Source of the DNA: Gammaproteobacteria bacterium
GTDB taxonomy: Bacteria; Pseudomonadota; Gammaproteobacteria; UBA4575
Reading direction: 5' to 3'
DNA length: 57,587 bases
Assembly (NCBI GenBank): GCA_045105815.1
Contig: JBGCDX010000001.1
Coordinates: 1 to 57,587, forward strand
Position numbers and translations under genes: made by a program. The notes under the pieces are model-generated. The model was given only the letters and a program-made list of their open reading frames with translations. It did not search any database and was not told the origin of the DNA. Of the stretch, positions 31,232 through 40,597 are shown piece by piece. Numbering within the stretch: the first letter of the stretch is position 1; the number at the start of each line of letters is the position of its first letter.

Positions 31232-32833
31232 ATGTCTACCACGACAGCAGATGATCATCATGACGAGCATCATCCATCAGGTATGATGCGTTGGATTACC
31301 ACTACCAATCATAAAGATATTGGTACTTTATATTTGTGGTTCTCATTCATCATGTTCTTCATTGGTGGATTCATGGCGTTGATTATTCGTACTGAGTTAT
31401 TTCAACCGGGAATGCAATTTGTAGATCCACAGTTCTTTAACTCTATGACTACCATGCATGCCATCATCATGATTTTTGGTGTGGTGATGCCAGCTTTTAC
31501 GGGCTTAGCCAATTGGTTAATTCCTATGATGATTGGTGGCACAGATATGGCGTTGCCGCGAATGAATAACTGGAGTTTCTGGATTCTTCCATTTGCTTTC
31601 ACCATGATGCTTTCAACTTTGTTTATGGATGGTGGCGGTCCTGCTGGTGGTTGGACGTTGTATCCACCGCTGTCATTACAAACTGGTGATGCGCTTCCGT
31701 TTGTTATTTTTGCAATTCATTTCATGGGCATGTCATCCATCATGGGTGCGATTAACGTAGTAGCTACGATTCTGAATATGCGTGCACCGGGTATGACATT
31801 AATGCGCATGCCACTGTTTGTTTGGACCTGGTTGATTACAGCGTATTTGTTGATTGCCGTAATGCCGGTGTTAGCGGGTGGTGTAACCATGCTGTTGACG
31901 GATAAGTTTTTTGAAACTAGCTTTTTTAACGCCGCGGGTGGCGGTGATCCAGTATTGTTCCAACATATCTTCTGGTTTTTTGGTCATCCTGAAGTTTATA
32001 TTTTGATTCTTCCCTCTTTTGGTGTGGTTTCAAGCATTATCCCAACTTTTGCACGCAAACCTTTATTTGGTTACTCGTCAATGGTTTATGCGACGGCCTC
32101 AATTGCATTCCTATCCTTCATCGTATGGGCACACCATATGTTTACCGTAGGTATGCCGCTCGCAGGACAGCTATTTTTCATGTTTGCGACGATGCTCATA
32201 GCAGTGCCTACTGGGGTAAAAGTGTTTAACTGGATTAGTACGATGTGGCGTGGTTCGATGACTTTTGAGACGCCTATGTTGTTTTCTATCGCGTTTATTA
32301 TCTTATTCACAATCGGTGGATTCTCAGGATTGATGTTGGCTATTACCCCGGCTGACTACCAGTATCACGATACTTATTTTGTAGTGGCGCATTTTCATTA
32401 CGTACTAGTGCCTGGCTCAATTTTTGCAATTATCGCAGCTGTGTACTACTGGTTACCGAAGTGGACCGGTCATATGTATAGCGAGTTCTGGGGTAAGACG
32501 CATTTTTGGTTATCTACCATTTTCGTAAACGTGACATTCTTCCCTATGCACTTTGTAGGTTTGGCAGGTATGCCTCGCCGTATACCAGATTACGCGTTAC
32601 AGTTTTCGGATTACAACCAGATTGCAACAATTGGTGCATTCGGCTTTGGTTTTGCCCAACTAATATTCTTAGGTCTTGTGATTGCCACTATTCGTGGCGG
32701 TGCCAAAGCAACGGACCGAGTTTGGGAAGGTGCGGAAGGCTTAGAGTGGACCTTAACGTCTCCACCTCCATACCATAGCTTTACAACACCACCGAATGTT
32801 GAAGCTGAATTAGGTTTGGCATCACATAAATAA
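31232..32833 (+). CDS. coxA: Cytochrome c oxidase subunit I (A1 type)
   Basis: NHKDIG, FGHPEVY, WAHH, HFHY. Confidence 0.98.
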   Translation: MSTTTADDHHDEHHPSGMMRWITTTNHKDIGTLYLWFSFIMFFIGGFMALIIRTELFQPGMQFVDPQFFNSMTTMHAIIMIFGVVMPAFTGLANWLIPMMIGGTDMALPRMNNWSFWILPFAFTMMLSTLFMDGGGPAGGWTLYPPLSLQTGDALPFVIFAIHFMGMSSIMGAINVVATILNMRAPGMTLMRMPLFVWTWLITAYLLIAVMPVLAGGVTMLLTDKFFETSFFNAAGGGDPVLFQHIFWFFGHPEVYILILPSFGVVSSIIPTFARKPLFGYSSMVYATASIAFLSFIVWAHHMFTVGMPLAGQLFFMFATMLIAVPTGVKVFNWISTMWRGSMTFETPMLFSIAFIILFTIGGFSGLMLAITPADYQYHDTYFVVAHFHYVLVPGSIFAIIAAVYYWLPKWTGHMYSEFWGKTHFWLSTIFVNVTFFPMHFVGLAGMPRRIPDYALQFSDYNQIATIGAFGFGFAQLIFLGLVIATIRGGAKATDRVWEGAEGLEWTLTSPPPYHSFTTPPNVEAELGLASHK

Positions 32834-32934
32834 TGGATCAACAGAAAAAATCCGCGATGCGCACTGCAATCATTATGGGCTGCGTCGCATTGTTTATTTA
32901 TGTTGGTTTCTATTTTTTAGTGGCTAGTAGATAA
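32833..32934 (+). CDS. 33-aa single-TM small protein in the cox operon
   Basis: MDQQKKSAMRTAIIMGCVALFIYVGFYFLVASR*, starting at a TAATG overlap with the coxA stop. Not in the ORF track. Confidence 0.7.
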   Translation: MDQQKKSAMRTAIIMGCVALFIYVGFYFLVASR

Positions 32935-32953
32935 GCTTAAAGCTATTTTGGTT

Positions 32954-33511
32954 ATGAAGATGTCATCTAATATTAGTGCATTCAAACTAAGCTTATTTGC
33001 AGTAGCCATGTTTGGCTTCGGTTACGCATTAGTACCATTGTATGATTTGCTTTGTGATGTGACTGGACTAAATGGTAAGTCGGAAAGTGTTACTGAACAA
33101 CAACAAGCTAATTTTGAATTAGATGAGTCACGCACTATTACAGTAGAGTTTATTACGACCTTGAACCAAGGCATGTCATGGGATTTCAAACCAGAAATTT
33201 CTAAAATGCAGGTGCATCCTGGTAAGGCGTACCAGGCAAGTTTTTTTATTCATAATAAGACTAACCGATCTATCATTGGTCAAGCGATACCCAGTGTTGC
33301 GCCCAGCACCGCTGCGAGACATTTTGTTAAAACAGAATGTTTTTGTTTTACAGATCAATTGCTAGAATCAGATCAATCGCTAGAAATGCCAGTGGTATTT
33401 GTTGTCAATCCTGCATTACCCAAGCATATTAAGACGGTGACGCTTTCCTACACATACTTTGATGTTAGTAATACTGCTAGCACATCATTAAATAATATCG
33501 ATAACACTTAA
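32954..33511 (+). CDS. ctaG: Cytochrome c oxidase assembly protein CtaG/Cox11
   Basis: MFGFGYALVPLY..CDVTGLNG and CFCF copper motif. Confidence 0.94.
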   Translation: MKMSSNISAFKLSLFAVAMFGFGYALVPLYDLLCDVTGLNGKSESVTEQQQANFELDESRTITVEFITTLNQGMSWDFKPEISKMQVHPGKAYQASFFIHNKTNRSIIGQAIPSVAPSTAARHFVKTECFCFTDQLLESDQSLEMPVVFVVNPALPKHIKTVTLSYTYFDVSNTASTSLNNIDNT

Positions 33512-33531
33512 AATTTATTAAGAGAAAATTT

Positions 33532-34404
33532 ATGGCACAAGCAGAAAGTAATTATTTCATCCCTCATGGCAGTTATTGGCCAATAACTGGATCGATTGCA
33601 GTTTGCAGTCTCATGGTGGGTTTTTCCAATCTATTAAATGGTGCAGTGTGGGGCAAGCACTTAATGATAGTCGGTGCAGTCATTTTGTTAGTGATGCTGT
33701 TTGGTTGGTTTGGTGATGTAATTAAAGAAAGTGAATCAGGCACTTATAATAATCAAGTAGATACTTCTTTTCGATGGGGTATGTTCTGGTTTATTTTTTC
33801 TGAAGTTATGTTTTTTGCTGCTTTCTTTGGTGCTCTGTTTTATACGCGCGTGTATTCTCTTCCGTGGTTAGGAGGCGAAGGCACCGGTGCGACAACTAAT
33901 AGTTATTTGTGGCCTAGTTTTGAGGCTATATGGCCGTTGACCGCAAACGGACCAGGTGAAATTGGTGGCAAATTTCAGACGATGGGTGCATGGGGATTAC
34001 CAGCCGTTAATACTGCACTGTTATTGACTAGTGGTGTAACGTTAACTTGGGCGCATCACGCACTTAAGGCTAATCATCGCGGGCAATTAATAACTGGTTT
34101 ATTTCTAACGGTTGCATTGGGTGCAATCTTTATGGTTGTTCAAAGTATTGAATACATACACGCTTATAAGGATCTTGGCTTAACGTTAGGCTCAGGAGTG
34201 TATGGATCAACATTCTTCCTGCTAACGGGTTTTCATGGAATGCACGTTACTATTGGTGCCATCATTCTGTTTGTGATCTTAATACGTTGCATACGCGGAC
34301 ATTTTAAACCGGAGAATCATTTTGGATTCGAAGCTGCAGCATGGTATTGGCACTTTGTAGATGTGGTGTGGCTTGGCTTATTTATATTTGTATATTGGGT
34401 ATAG
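33532..34404 (+). CDS. coxC: Cytochrome c oxidase subunit III
   Basis: WFIFSEVMFF, TGFHGMHV, WYWHFVDVVW. Confidence 0.97.
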   Translation: MAQAESNYFIPHGSYWPITGSIAVCSLMVGFSNLLNGAVWGKHLMIVGAVILLVMLFGWFGDVIKESESGTYNNQVDTSFRWGMFWFIFSEVMFFAAFFGALFYTRVYSLPWLGGEGTGATTNSYLWPSFEAIWPLTANGPGEIGGKFQTMGAWGLPAVNTALLLTSGVTLTWAHHALKANHRGQLITGLFLTVALGAIFMVVQSIEYIHAYKDLGLTLGSGVYGSTFFLLTGFHGMHVTIGAIILFVILIRCIRGHFKPENHFGFEAAAWYWHFVDVVWLGLFIFVYWV

Positions 34405-34452
34405 ATTTAGAGTCTAGTGCTTATTGGACTTAGGCATTAATAATATAAATAT

Positions 34453-34484
34453 AAAAAAAACGCCGCATTTGCGGCGTTTTTTTT
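34453..34484. terminator. Bidirectional intrinsic terminator
   Basis: A8-CGCCGCA-tt-TGCGGCG-T8 between convergent genes. Confidence 0.92.
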
Positions 34485-34498
34485 AGTAAATACTAAGT

Positions 34499-34708
34499 TT
34501 ATCCAGCTATACCGTGAGGTTCGATGTAGCCTGCAAAGTAGGCCAACATTAAAAGTACAAATACCAGTACTGAAAACCCAATTCTGTAGGTTAACGCTTT
34601 TGCTGTTCGGTTTGTTTCACCTTTGTCCTTTACTAAAAAAACCATAGCGGATGCAAGGCTACCTAAGGCAGCAAGAAAGATTAAAATGGCGATGATTTTT
34701 ACAGGCAT
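34499..34708 (-). CDS. Twin-TM small protein (DUF2909/HIG1-like)
   Basis: SL..A..FLVKDKG...RT.KALT.RI..S and PHG tail; usual antisense position between coxC and SURF1. Confidence 0.85.
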   Translation of the reverse strand: MPVKIIAILIFLAALGSLASAMVFLVKDKGETNRTAKALTYRIGFSVLVFVLLMLAYFAGYIEPHGIAG

Positions 34709-34738
34709 GATAATGAGTGTAGTTATGGTGAATTCATT

Positions 34739-35494
34739 GTGACAGAAAATAATCGCTGGCGAAAACCCTCATTATTCATGCTTGTACTAACGATAGTAGT
34801 TGCGTCTCTGCTCAGCGGTCTAGGAGTGTGGCAATTACAGCGCGCGGAAGAAAAAAAACAAATGGAACTGGACAATGATCAACGTAAGAATGAGTCGCCA
34901 CTTACTCTAGAACTGCCGTTTAAGGTTGACGAAGATATGCGCTTTCGACCTATCGTTGCAAAAGGAAAATTTATTAATTCAAAACAGTTTGTGCTGGACA
35001 ATCAGATATTGGACCATCAAGTTGGTTATAATATATTTACTCCGTTGCTATTAAATAACGCTGAGACGGTTTTGTTAGTTGATCGTGGTTGGTTGCCGTT
35101 GAAAGGTTCTCGAGAACAGCTTCCTGATATAAGTGTCGAAGAAGAACTTCATGAGGTCGCAGGAACAGTATATGTGCCTTATGGTGAAGCTTATAGCTTG
35201 GGTACAGTGGATAATGACGGACTAGAATGGCCGCGGCTCATTCAATATTTGGATTTTGATCAATTGCAAACACGGTTGGGTATGAATATTTTGCCCATGA
35301 CGCTGCGTATCAATAGCGATCAAAAATATGCATTAAATGCACAATGGCCAATGGCATCTACTCGGTCAACTAATCAGCTTAGCTATGAGGTGCACATTGG
35401 TTATGCGGTTCAATGGTTTGCTTTAGCATTAACTGTTTTGGTACTTCTCTTGGTGTTGCATTCACCTTGGGTCAGATTCAGATCCTCCAACTAA
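34739..35494 (+). CDS. SURF1 family protein
   Basis: LGVWQLQR, LVDRGW, HIGYAVQWF. Confidence 0.92.
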   Translation: MTENNRWRKPSLFMLVLTIVVASLLSGLGVWQLQRAEEKKQMELDNDQRKNESPLTLELPFKVDEDMRFRPIVAKGKFINSKQFVLDNQILDHQVGYNIFTPLLLNNAETVLLVDRGWLPLKGSREQLPDISVEEELHEVAGTVYVPYGEAYSLGTVDNDGLEWPRLIQYLDFDQLQTRLGMNILPMTLRINSDQKYALNAQWPMASTRSTNQLSYEVHIGYAVQWFALALTVLVLLLVLHSPWVRFRSSN

Positions 35495-35513
35495 AATTTA
35501 TATAGATAATCTT

Positions 35514-36107
35514 ATGGAAAAGAAGACTAAAAGTAGAAGTTATTTGCTTGGTTTATTTGCGGTATTTTTTGGACCATTATTTTTTGCAATGTGGCTATTT
35601 TATGTGCCCAACAGTTGGCTTAATTCATCTACCCAAAATCACGGCACGTTGGTAGCACCCGCTCAACCACTCGAAGAGTTTGAGCTAGTATCGCTAGACG
35701 GTGGTTCATGGAGCCATGAAGAATTTAAGGGTAAATGGACCTTGTTATATATTGGTGATGAATCATGTGATTTATATTGTGAAGCGAATTTATTTAAAAT
35801 GCGTCAAGTGCGTTTAACATTGGGACGTGATAGTGAACGTGTTCAGCGAATGTATCTGGGTTTAAAAACAGGTGAGAGCGCAGGAAGCATAAATGGAATA
35901 TTTGCAAAATATCCACGCATGCAATCTGCATGGTTTGATAAAGCAGTAATGAATAAAGCGTTGCCACAGTTTCAAACTTTTCCCATCCACCAAGTCTATG
36001 TTATTGATCCACTTGGTAATTTAATGATGTGGTACCCTAAAGATGCAACATCAAAAGGTATGAAAAAAGATCTTAAGAGACTATTAAAAGTCTCACAAGT
36101 TGGATGA
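35514..36107 (+). CDS. SCO-like/thioredoxin-fold cox-cluster protein
   Basis: TM anchor, GKWTLLY, CDLYC, IDPLGNLMM, KDLKRLLKVS. Confidence 0.75.
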   Translation: MEKKTKSRSYLLGLFAVFFGPLFFAMWLFYVPNSWLNSSTQNHGTLVAPAQPLEEFELVSLDGGSWSHEEFKGKWTLLYIGDESCDLYCEANLFKMRQVRLTLGRDSERVQRMYLGLKTGESAGSINGIFAKYPRMQSAWFDKAVMNKALPQFQTFPIHQVYVIDPLGNLMMWYPKDATSKGMKKDLKRLLKVSQVG

Positions 36108-36128
36108 AATCAAAAAAAATAACAAAAT

Positions 36129-37118
36129 ATGTTTAGAAAGATTGCTCTTTTTTCGGTTTTATTAGCGTTAGTGGTTGTTGTACTTGGCGCATATGTTCGT
36201 TTATCACATGCTGGACTAGGATGCCCCGATTGGCCGGGTTGTTATGGGCACTTGGTAGGTGTTCCAGAATCATTGTCTGAAATTGATAGTGCAAATGAAA
36301 CTTATCCTCAGCGTGCAGTGGAATCAGATAAGGCTTGGAAAGAAGTGATTCATCGTTATTTTGCTGCAGTATTAGGCTTATTGATTTTGTTGTTAGCAAT
36401 TTTAGGTATCAAGAATCGTGGTGATCCAAAACAACCTGTATGGCTGCCGATAATTTTAGTTGGCTTGGTAATCTTTCAGGCTTTATTAGGGATGTGGACG
36501 GTAACACTCTTGCTTAAACCCGCAATTGTTATGCTACATCTGCTCGGTGGTTTAACGATAGTGGCCTTGTTATGGTTGTTAGTGTTAAGAAGTTCAAGGC
36601 AATCGGATACTACAAGCTCAGATAATAAAAAATTAACACCGGTATTGTATTTGGGTTTAATTTTACTAATTGGCCAAATTGCATTAGGTGGTTGGACAAG
36701 TACTAATTATGCTGCATTAGCCTGTCCAGATTTTCCCACTTGCCAAGGCGAGTGGTGGCCTGAAACTGATTTTAAAGAAGGCTTTGTTTTTTGGAGAGGT
36801 TTAGGGCAAAACTATGAATTCGGAGTGTTAGATAACCCAGCACGAACCGCTATACACCTTAGTCATCGTATGTTTGCAATAGTGGTTACAGTATTTTGGC
36901 TATTTTTAATATTCAGAATAATTAAGAATAATAAACTTTCAGCAAATTTACGTCAGCTAGCGCCGATAACGTTGTTATTTTTGTTGGCTCAGGTAGCTTT
37001 AGGGGTTTCTAATGTGGTCATGAGTTTACCGATTAGCATAGCGGTTATGCATAATGGTGGAGCAGCATTGCTGCTGCTCAGTATCGTCACATTGATTTAT
37101 TATTCACGTTTAGAGTAA
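36129..37118 (+). CDS. ctaA: Heme A synthase (COX15/CtaA)
   Basis: GLGCPDWPGC, EVIHR, ACPDFPTC, multiple TM helices. Confidence 0.93.
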   Translation: MFRKIALFSVLLALVVVVLGAYVRLSHAGLGCPDWPGCYGHLVGVPESLSEIDSANETYPQRAVESDKAWKEVIHRYFAAVLGLLILLLAILGIKNRGDPKQPVWLPIILVGLVIFQALLGMWTVTLLLKPAIVMLHLLGGLTIVALLWLLVLRSSRQSDTTSSDNKKLTPVLYLGLILLIGQIALGGWTSTNYAALACPDFPTCQGEWWPETDFKEGFVFWRGLGQNYEFGVLDNPARTAIHLSHRMFAIVVTVFWLFLIFRIIKNNKLSANLRQLAPITLLFLLAQVALGVSNVVMSLPISIAVMHNGGAALLLLSIVTLIYYSRLE

Positions 37119-37133
37119 ACATGACTTAAAATA

Positions 37134-38000
37134 TTAGGCAGCAATTACTGCTGCTTTAAGCTTTTTAATGGCATTGTTTTCCAATTGGCGCACTCTTTCT
37201 GCGGACACTTGGTATTTTTCTGCCAAATTTTGCAAGGTAGTTTTTTTCTCGGCTAACCATCGTTTGGAGATTATGTCACGGCTGCGCTCATCTAATTCCT
37301 GTAGCGCTATCTTTAATTGATCATTTTGATGTGCTTGCCAATCAAGCTTCTCAGCATGTGATTCTGGTGTATCCGTTTCATCACTTAAATATGCAGCTGG
37401 AGAATAACTAGTAAAAGCATCTTCGTCAGTGCTTTCGGGTAGATCAAATCCCATATCGGGACTATTGAGGCGTTTCTCCATTTCCAGCACGTCCTTGGTT
37501 TTCACGCCAAGCTGTTCAGCAACATTTTCAACTTCTGCTTGGTTTAACCAAGCAAGTCTTTTTTTCTGGCTACGCAAATTGAAAAATAATTTACGCTGAG
37601 CTTTTGTAGTGGCGATTTTCACTATTCGCCAATTGCGAAGGACGTACTCATGTATTTCAGCGCGCACCCAATGTACGGCAAACGATACTAGGCGCACACC
37701 TTTGTTTGGATCAAATTTTTTAACTGCCTTCATTAAGCCTACATTGCCTTCTTGGATGAGATCAGCAATAGGTAGTCCATAGCCATTATATCCGCGTGCA
37801 ACTTGCACAACGAAACGTAGATGGTGGAGAATCAAAGTACGCGCCGCATCTAGATCATTTTTTTCATGTAAACGAATTGCCAGAGCATGTTCTTGCTCAG
37901 CATCGAGTACAGGAATTTGATAGGCAGACGCAATATAGCTATCTACATTGGCAGTAGAGACGCTTAGGTGAGTCTGTGGGGGCATAATCGACTTAGTCAT
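37134..38000 (-). CDS. rpoH: Heat-shock sigma factor RpoH
   Basis: RpoH box [32 protein letters not shown]. Confidence 0.97.
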   Translation of the reverse strand: MTKSIMPPQTHLSVSTANVDSYIASAYQIPVLDAEQEHALAIRLHEKNDLDAARTLILHHLRFVVQVARGYNGYGLPIADLIQEGNVGLMKAVKKFDPNKGVRLVSFAVHWVRAEIHEYVLRNWRIVKIATTKAQRKLFFNLRSQKKRLAWLNQAEVENVAEQLGVKTKDVLEMEKRLNSPDMGFDLPESTDEDAFTSYSPAAYLSDETDTPESHAEKLDWQAHQNDQLKIALQELDERSRDIISKRWLAEKKTTLQNLAEKYQVSAERVRQLENNAIKKLKAAVIAA

Positions 38001-38044
38001 ATACTGTGATTACCTCATTAAAAATTCATGTGAATCGAGTAATT

Positions 38045-38071
38045 TTAGCACTCTTGATATTAGAGTGCTAA
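38045..38071. promoter_or_regulatory. CIRCE element (HrcA operator)
   Basis: TTAGCACTC-ttgatatta-GAGTGCTAA is an exact 9-9-9 consensus, 44 nt upstream of the rpoH ATG. Confidence 0.95.
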
Positions 38072-38559
38072 TTCGTAAATGAGTTCAATCTTATGCTTGG
38101 TTATGGACATGTGAAAACTGAGAAAATGCCGTAATTAAGCCAATATTAGGCATATTTACTTCGATTCTAAGTTTAATAGTCATTATTTTTATTAAGGGAA
38201 ATTAAGGCGTAATCAGCAAAATAGTAACACTAGTGTATTCATGCTTTGTACAGTTTATATGCATGAAGAATTCAAACAATTTAGACTTATCAAATCCCGT
38301 TTGTTGTTACGTCGCTTACTAAGCACGCTTCACCCAGTAACCTATTGTTTCAAAATGCTCAATCAGTATCTTTGTTATCACACAGGCGTTGAGCAGTACT
38401 CAAATAGGAACAAGTTTGAGGGTTAACTCATAAGTAAATTTCAGGGTCGGATAGCTGTCCCTTTGTCGGTCTAATTTTAGACTTTATCTATTTCGAATAC
38501 GCCTAAAAAAACATAGCTATAAAATTTAAATTACATTTACGTATCTAAAATATAAATAC

Positions 38560-38772
38560 ATGCCTGGCGTACAAGTAAGCAAATCAGATCTAGCACACAT
38601 CTTTGGTGTTGATCAGCCCACTATTGATCATTGGATTCAAAGAGGTTTGCCTTATATTCGTAAGCGATTGACAGGGATACCTGTAGCCCATAATGAACGT
38701 GAACTAGTGTTTGATACTGCAGATGTTATTAATTGGCGGCTTTCAGTTTCTAACCTAGAGCAAGAATGGTAA
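38560..38772 (+). CDS. Stand-alone lambda Nu1-like (terminase small subunit N-terminal) winged-HTH protein
   Basis: VSKSDLAHIFGVDQPTIDHWIQRGLP...FDTADVINW aligns by eye with gpNu1 VNKKQLADIFGASIRTIQNWQEQGMP...YDSAAVIKW. Confidence 0.75.
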   Translation: MPGVQVSKSDLAHIFGVDQPTIDHWIQRGLPYIRKRLTGIPVAHNERELVFDTADVINWRLSVSNLEQEW

Positions 38773-38894
38773 CGCGTTAAGTTCAATTACGCTGAAGCTT
38801 AAACGTCTTCTTGGCATAACACATAATTCCTTTCATACGTTTAGTATCAACAAACTTCTGTTAGACCTAATTGTTATACTTTTTAAACTAGCGG

Positions 38895-39863
38895 CTAACT
38901 TGGTTGTATTTTTGCAATTCGATGTCCCACTGCGAGCCAAGATCCAAATAACCCTAAAAAAATACTGCTTCCCACTAGAGAAATGCTTTGCGTGAAGCTA
39001 GGTAACTTTAATGCAAAGTCACTATTATAGAGCCCGATTAATTCTTGGGCAGGCTGTCGTATTACTAATAAGACTATAAATACTAGTAGTAGTGCGAGTA
39101 CACCACCCAATAGCCCAAACCACATGCCACCATATAAAAAAGGTCGGCGAATAAAACGGTCACTTGCACCGATTAATTTTGTCACTTCAATTTCAGCGCG
39201 TCTATTTTCGATATCTAAACGAATACTGTTGCCCACCACTAATAACACTGACAGACCTAACATGATGCCGATTGCAGTAATTGCGCGGCGGATAATATCA
39301 GTTATAGCTTGTAGGCGTTGCAACCACTGCATGTCCAATTGCACTTGCTCAACATCGGTTAATGATTGAAATTCTTTTTTAAGCTGGTTTAAAGGCTCAC
39401 TTTTTTTTGCTGAGTCGATAGGAGTCACAACTAGTGTTGGTGGTAAAGGGTTGCTTGGCAAGCCCTCTAATAATTCACCAAATTCACTAAGCTTTTTGAA
39501 TTCCTGCAACGCTAGATCAGCTGGCAGGTATTTAACAGTGCTTACTTTCTCATGGTTGTTGAGTTTGTTTGTTAGTTGCTTAATCGAAGATTCAGATGTT
39601 TTGGAATGTAAGAAAAGTGAAATCTGCCCAGCATTATCCAGTTTATGCGTGACAGTTTGTAAATTGTTGAGCAGTGCATACAAGCATGCGGGTAATGCGA
39701 GTGCGACGGCAATCATTAATAAGGTGAAGGTACTTGCAAAAGGAGTTCGATACAGTTTACCTAAACTAAATAGAAGCACACGTACATGGTCGCGAACATA
39801 TGCACGCATGCGTGTTTTTGCATTGGGTCTAGCGAGTGGCTGTTGGTGCTTTGCTGTTGCCAT
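38895..39863 (-). CDS. ftsX: Cell division permease FtsX
   Basis: NPLP, VVGNSIRLDI..RR.EI.V.KLIGA...FIRRPFLY. Confidence 0.95.
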   Translation of the reverse strand: MATAKHQQPLARPNAKTRMRAYVRDHVRVLLFSLGKLYRTPFASTFTLLMIAVALALPACLYALLNNLQTVTHKLDNAGQISLFLHSKTSESSIKQLTNKLNNHEKVSTVKYLPADLALQEFKKLSEFGELLEGLPSNPLPPTLVVTPIDSAKKSEPLNQLKKEFQSLTDVEQVQLDMQWLQRLQAITDIIRRAITAIGIMLGLSVLLVVGNSIRLDIENRRAEIEVTKLIGASDRFIRRPFLYGGMWFGLLGGVLALLLVFIVLLVIRQPAQELIGLYNSDFALKLPSFTQSISLVGSSIFLGLFGSWLAVGHRIAKIQPS

Positions 39864-39866
39864 ATT

Positions 39867-40562
39867 TTAGCTCAAGATCTCAAAGTTTTGTGCATCATGT
39901 GCTTTCTGGGAATCGATGCATTCACCTGCACGTAAACGGATAATACGTTTTTGCATGCGCTTAATGAGTTCTAAATCATGGCTGGCAATTAATACAGTAA
40001 CACCCACCTGGTTGAAGTCACTAAACAAACGCATAATCTCAGCTGAGAGCTCTGGGTCAAGATTACCGGTAGGTTCGTCAGCCAATAAAATGGCAGGCTT
40101 GTGTACTACTGCGCGTGCAATGCCGACACGTTGTTGTTCGCCGCCGGACAGGGTAATCGGCATCATTTGCTCTTTGTCCAGTAAATCTACTTTGTCTAAT
40201 GCTGCACGTACTCTGCGATTAATATCTACTTGCGCGAAGCCTGCAATTTGCAAGGGCAGTGAAACATTATCAAAAACATTGCGATCATGTAGTAAATGAT
40301 GATCTTGAAACACTACACCCATATGTCTACGTAATGCAGGAACTTTGCGTTTTGGTATTTTTGTAATATTCTTTCGATTGATAAATACTTGTCCGCGTGT
40401 TGGCCTCTCAATGGCTGCAATAAGCTTTAAAAGCGTGCTTTTACCTGCGCCAGAAGGTCCTGTAAGGAACGCCATCTCGCCTTGCTCAATAGTTAAATCC
40501 AGATGCGATAAAGCTTCTCGATTACCCGGATAACGTTTAGTAACATTTTGCAGTTCAATCAT
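39867..40562 (-). CDS. ftsE: Cell division ATP-binding protein FtsE
   Basis: GPSGAGKST, LSGGEQQRV, LLADEPTGNLD; between ftsY and ftsX. Confidence 0.96.
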   Translation of the reverse strand: MIELQNVTKRYPGNREALSHLDLTIEQGEMAFLTGPSGAGKSTLLKLIAAIERPTRGQVFINRKNITKIPKRKVPALRRHMGVVFQDHHLLHDRNVFDNVSLPLQIAGFAQVDINRRVRAALDKVDLLDKEQMMPITLSGGEQQRVGIARAVVHKPAILLADEPTGNLDPELSAEIMRLFSDFNQVGVTVLIASHDLELIKRMQKRIIRLRAGECIDSQKAHDAQNFEILS

Positions 40563-40597
40563 TATGCGTCATGTCTACTTAAAAAATAATGTTAGAA

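Noticed and set aside
38241-38426. 61-aa ORF in the rpoH / Nu1-like gap
   Set aside because: No RBS, no recognisable motif and odd composition; the tract is better explained as non-coding.
38278-38440. 6S RNA
   Set aside because: The pairing is strongly asymmetric, I saw no 6S-like central bubble, and the usual zapA/ygfA context is absent.
38560-38894. Prophage or phage satellite around the Nu1-like gene
   Set aside because: No integrase, large terminase, structural genes or att-like repeats; core genes flank it directly.
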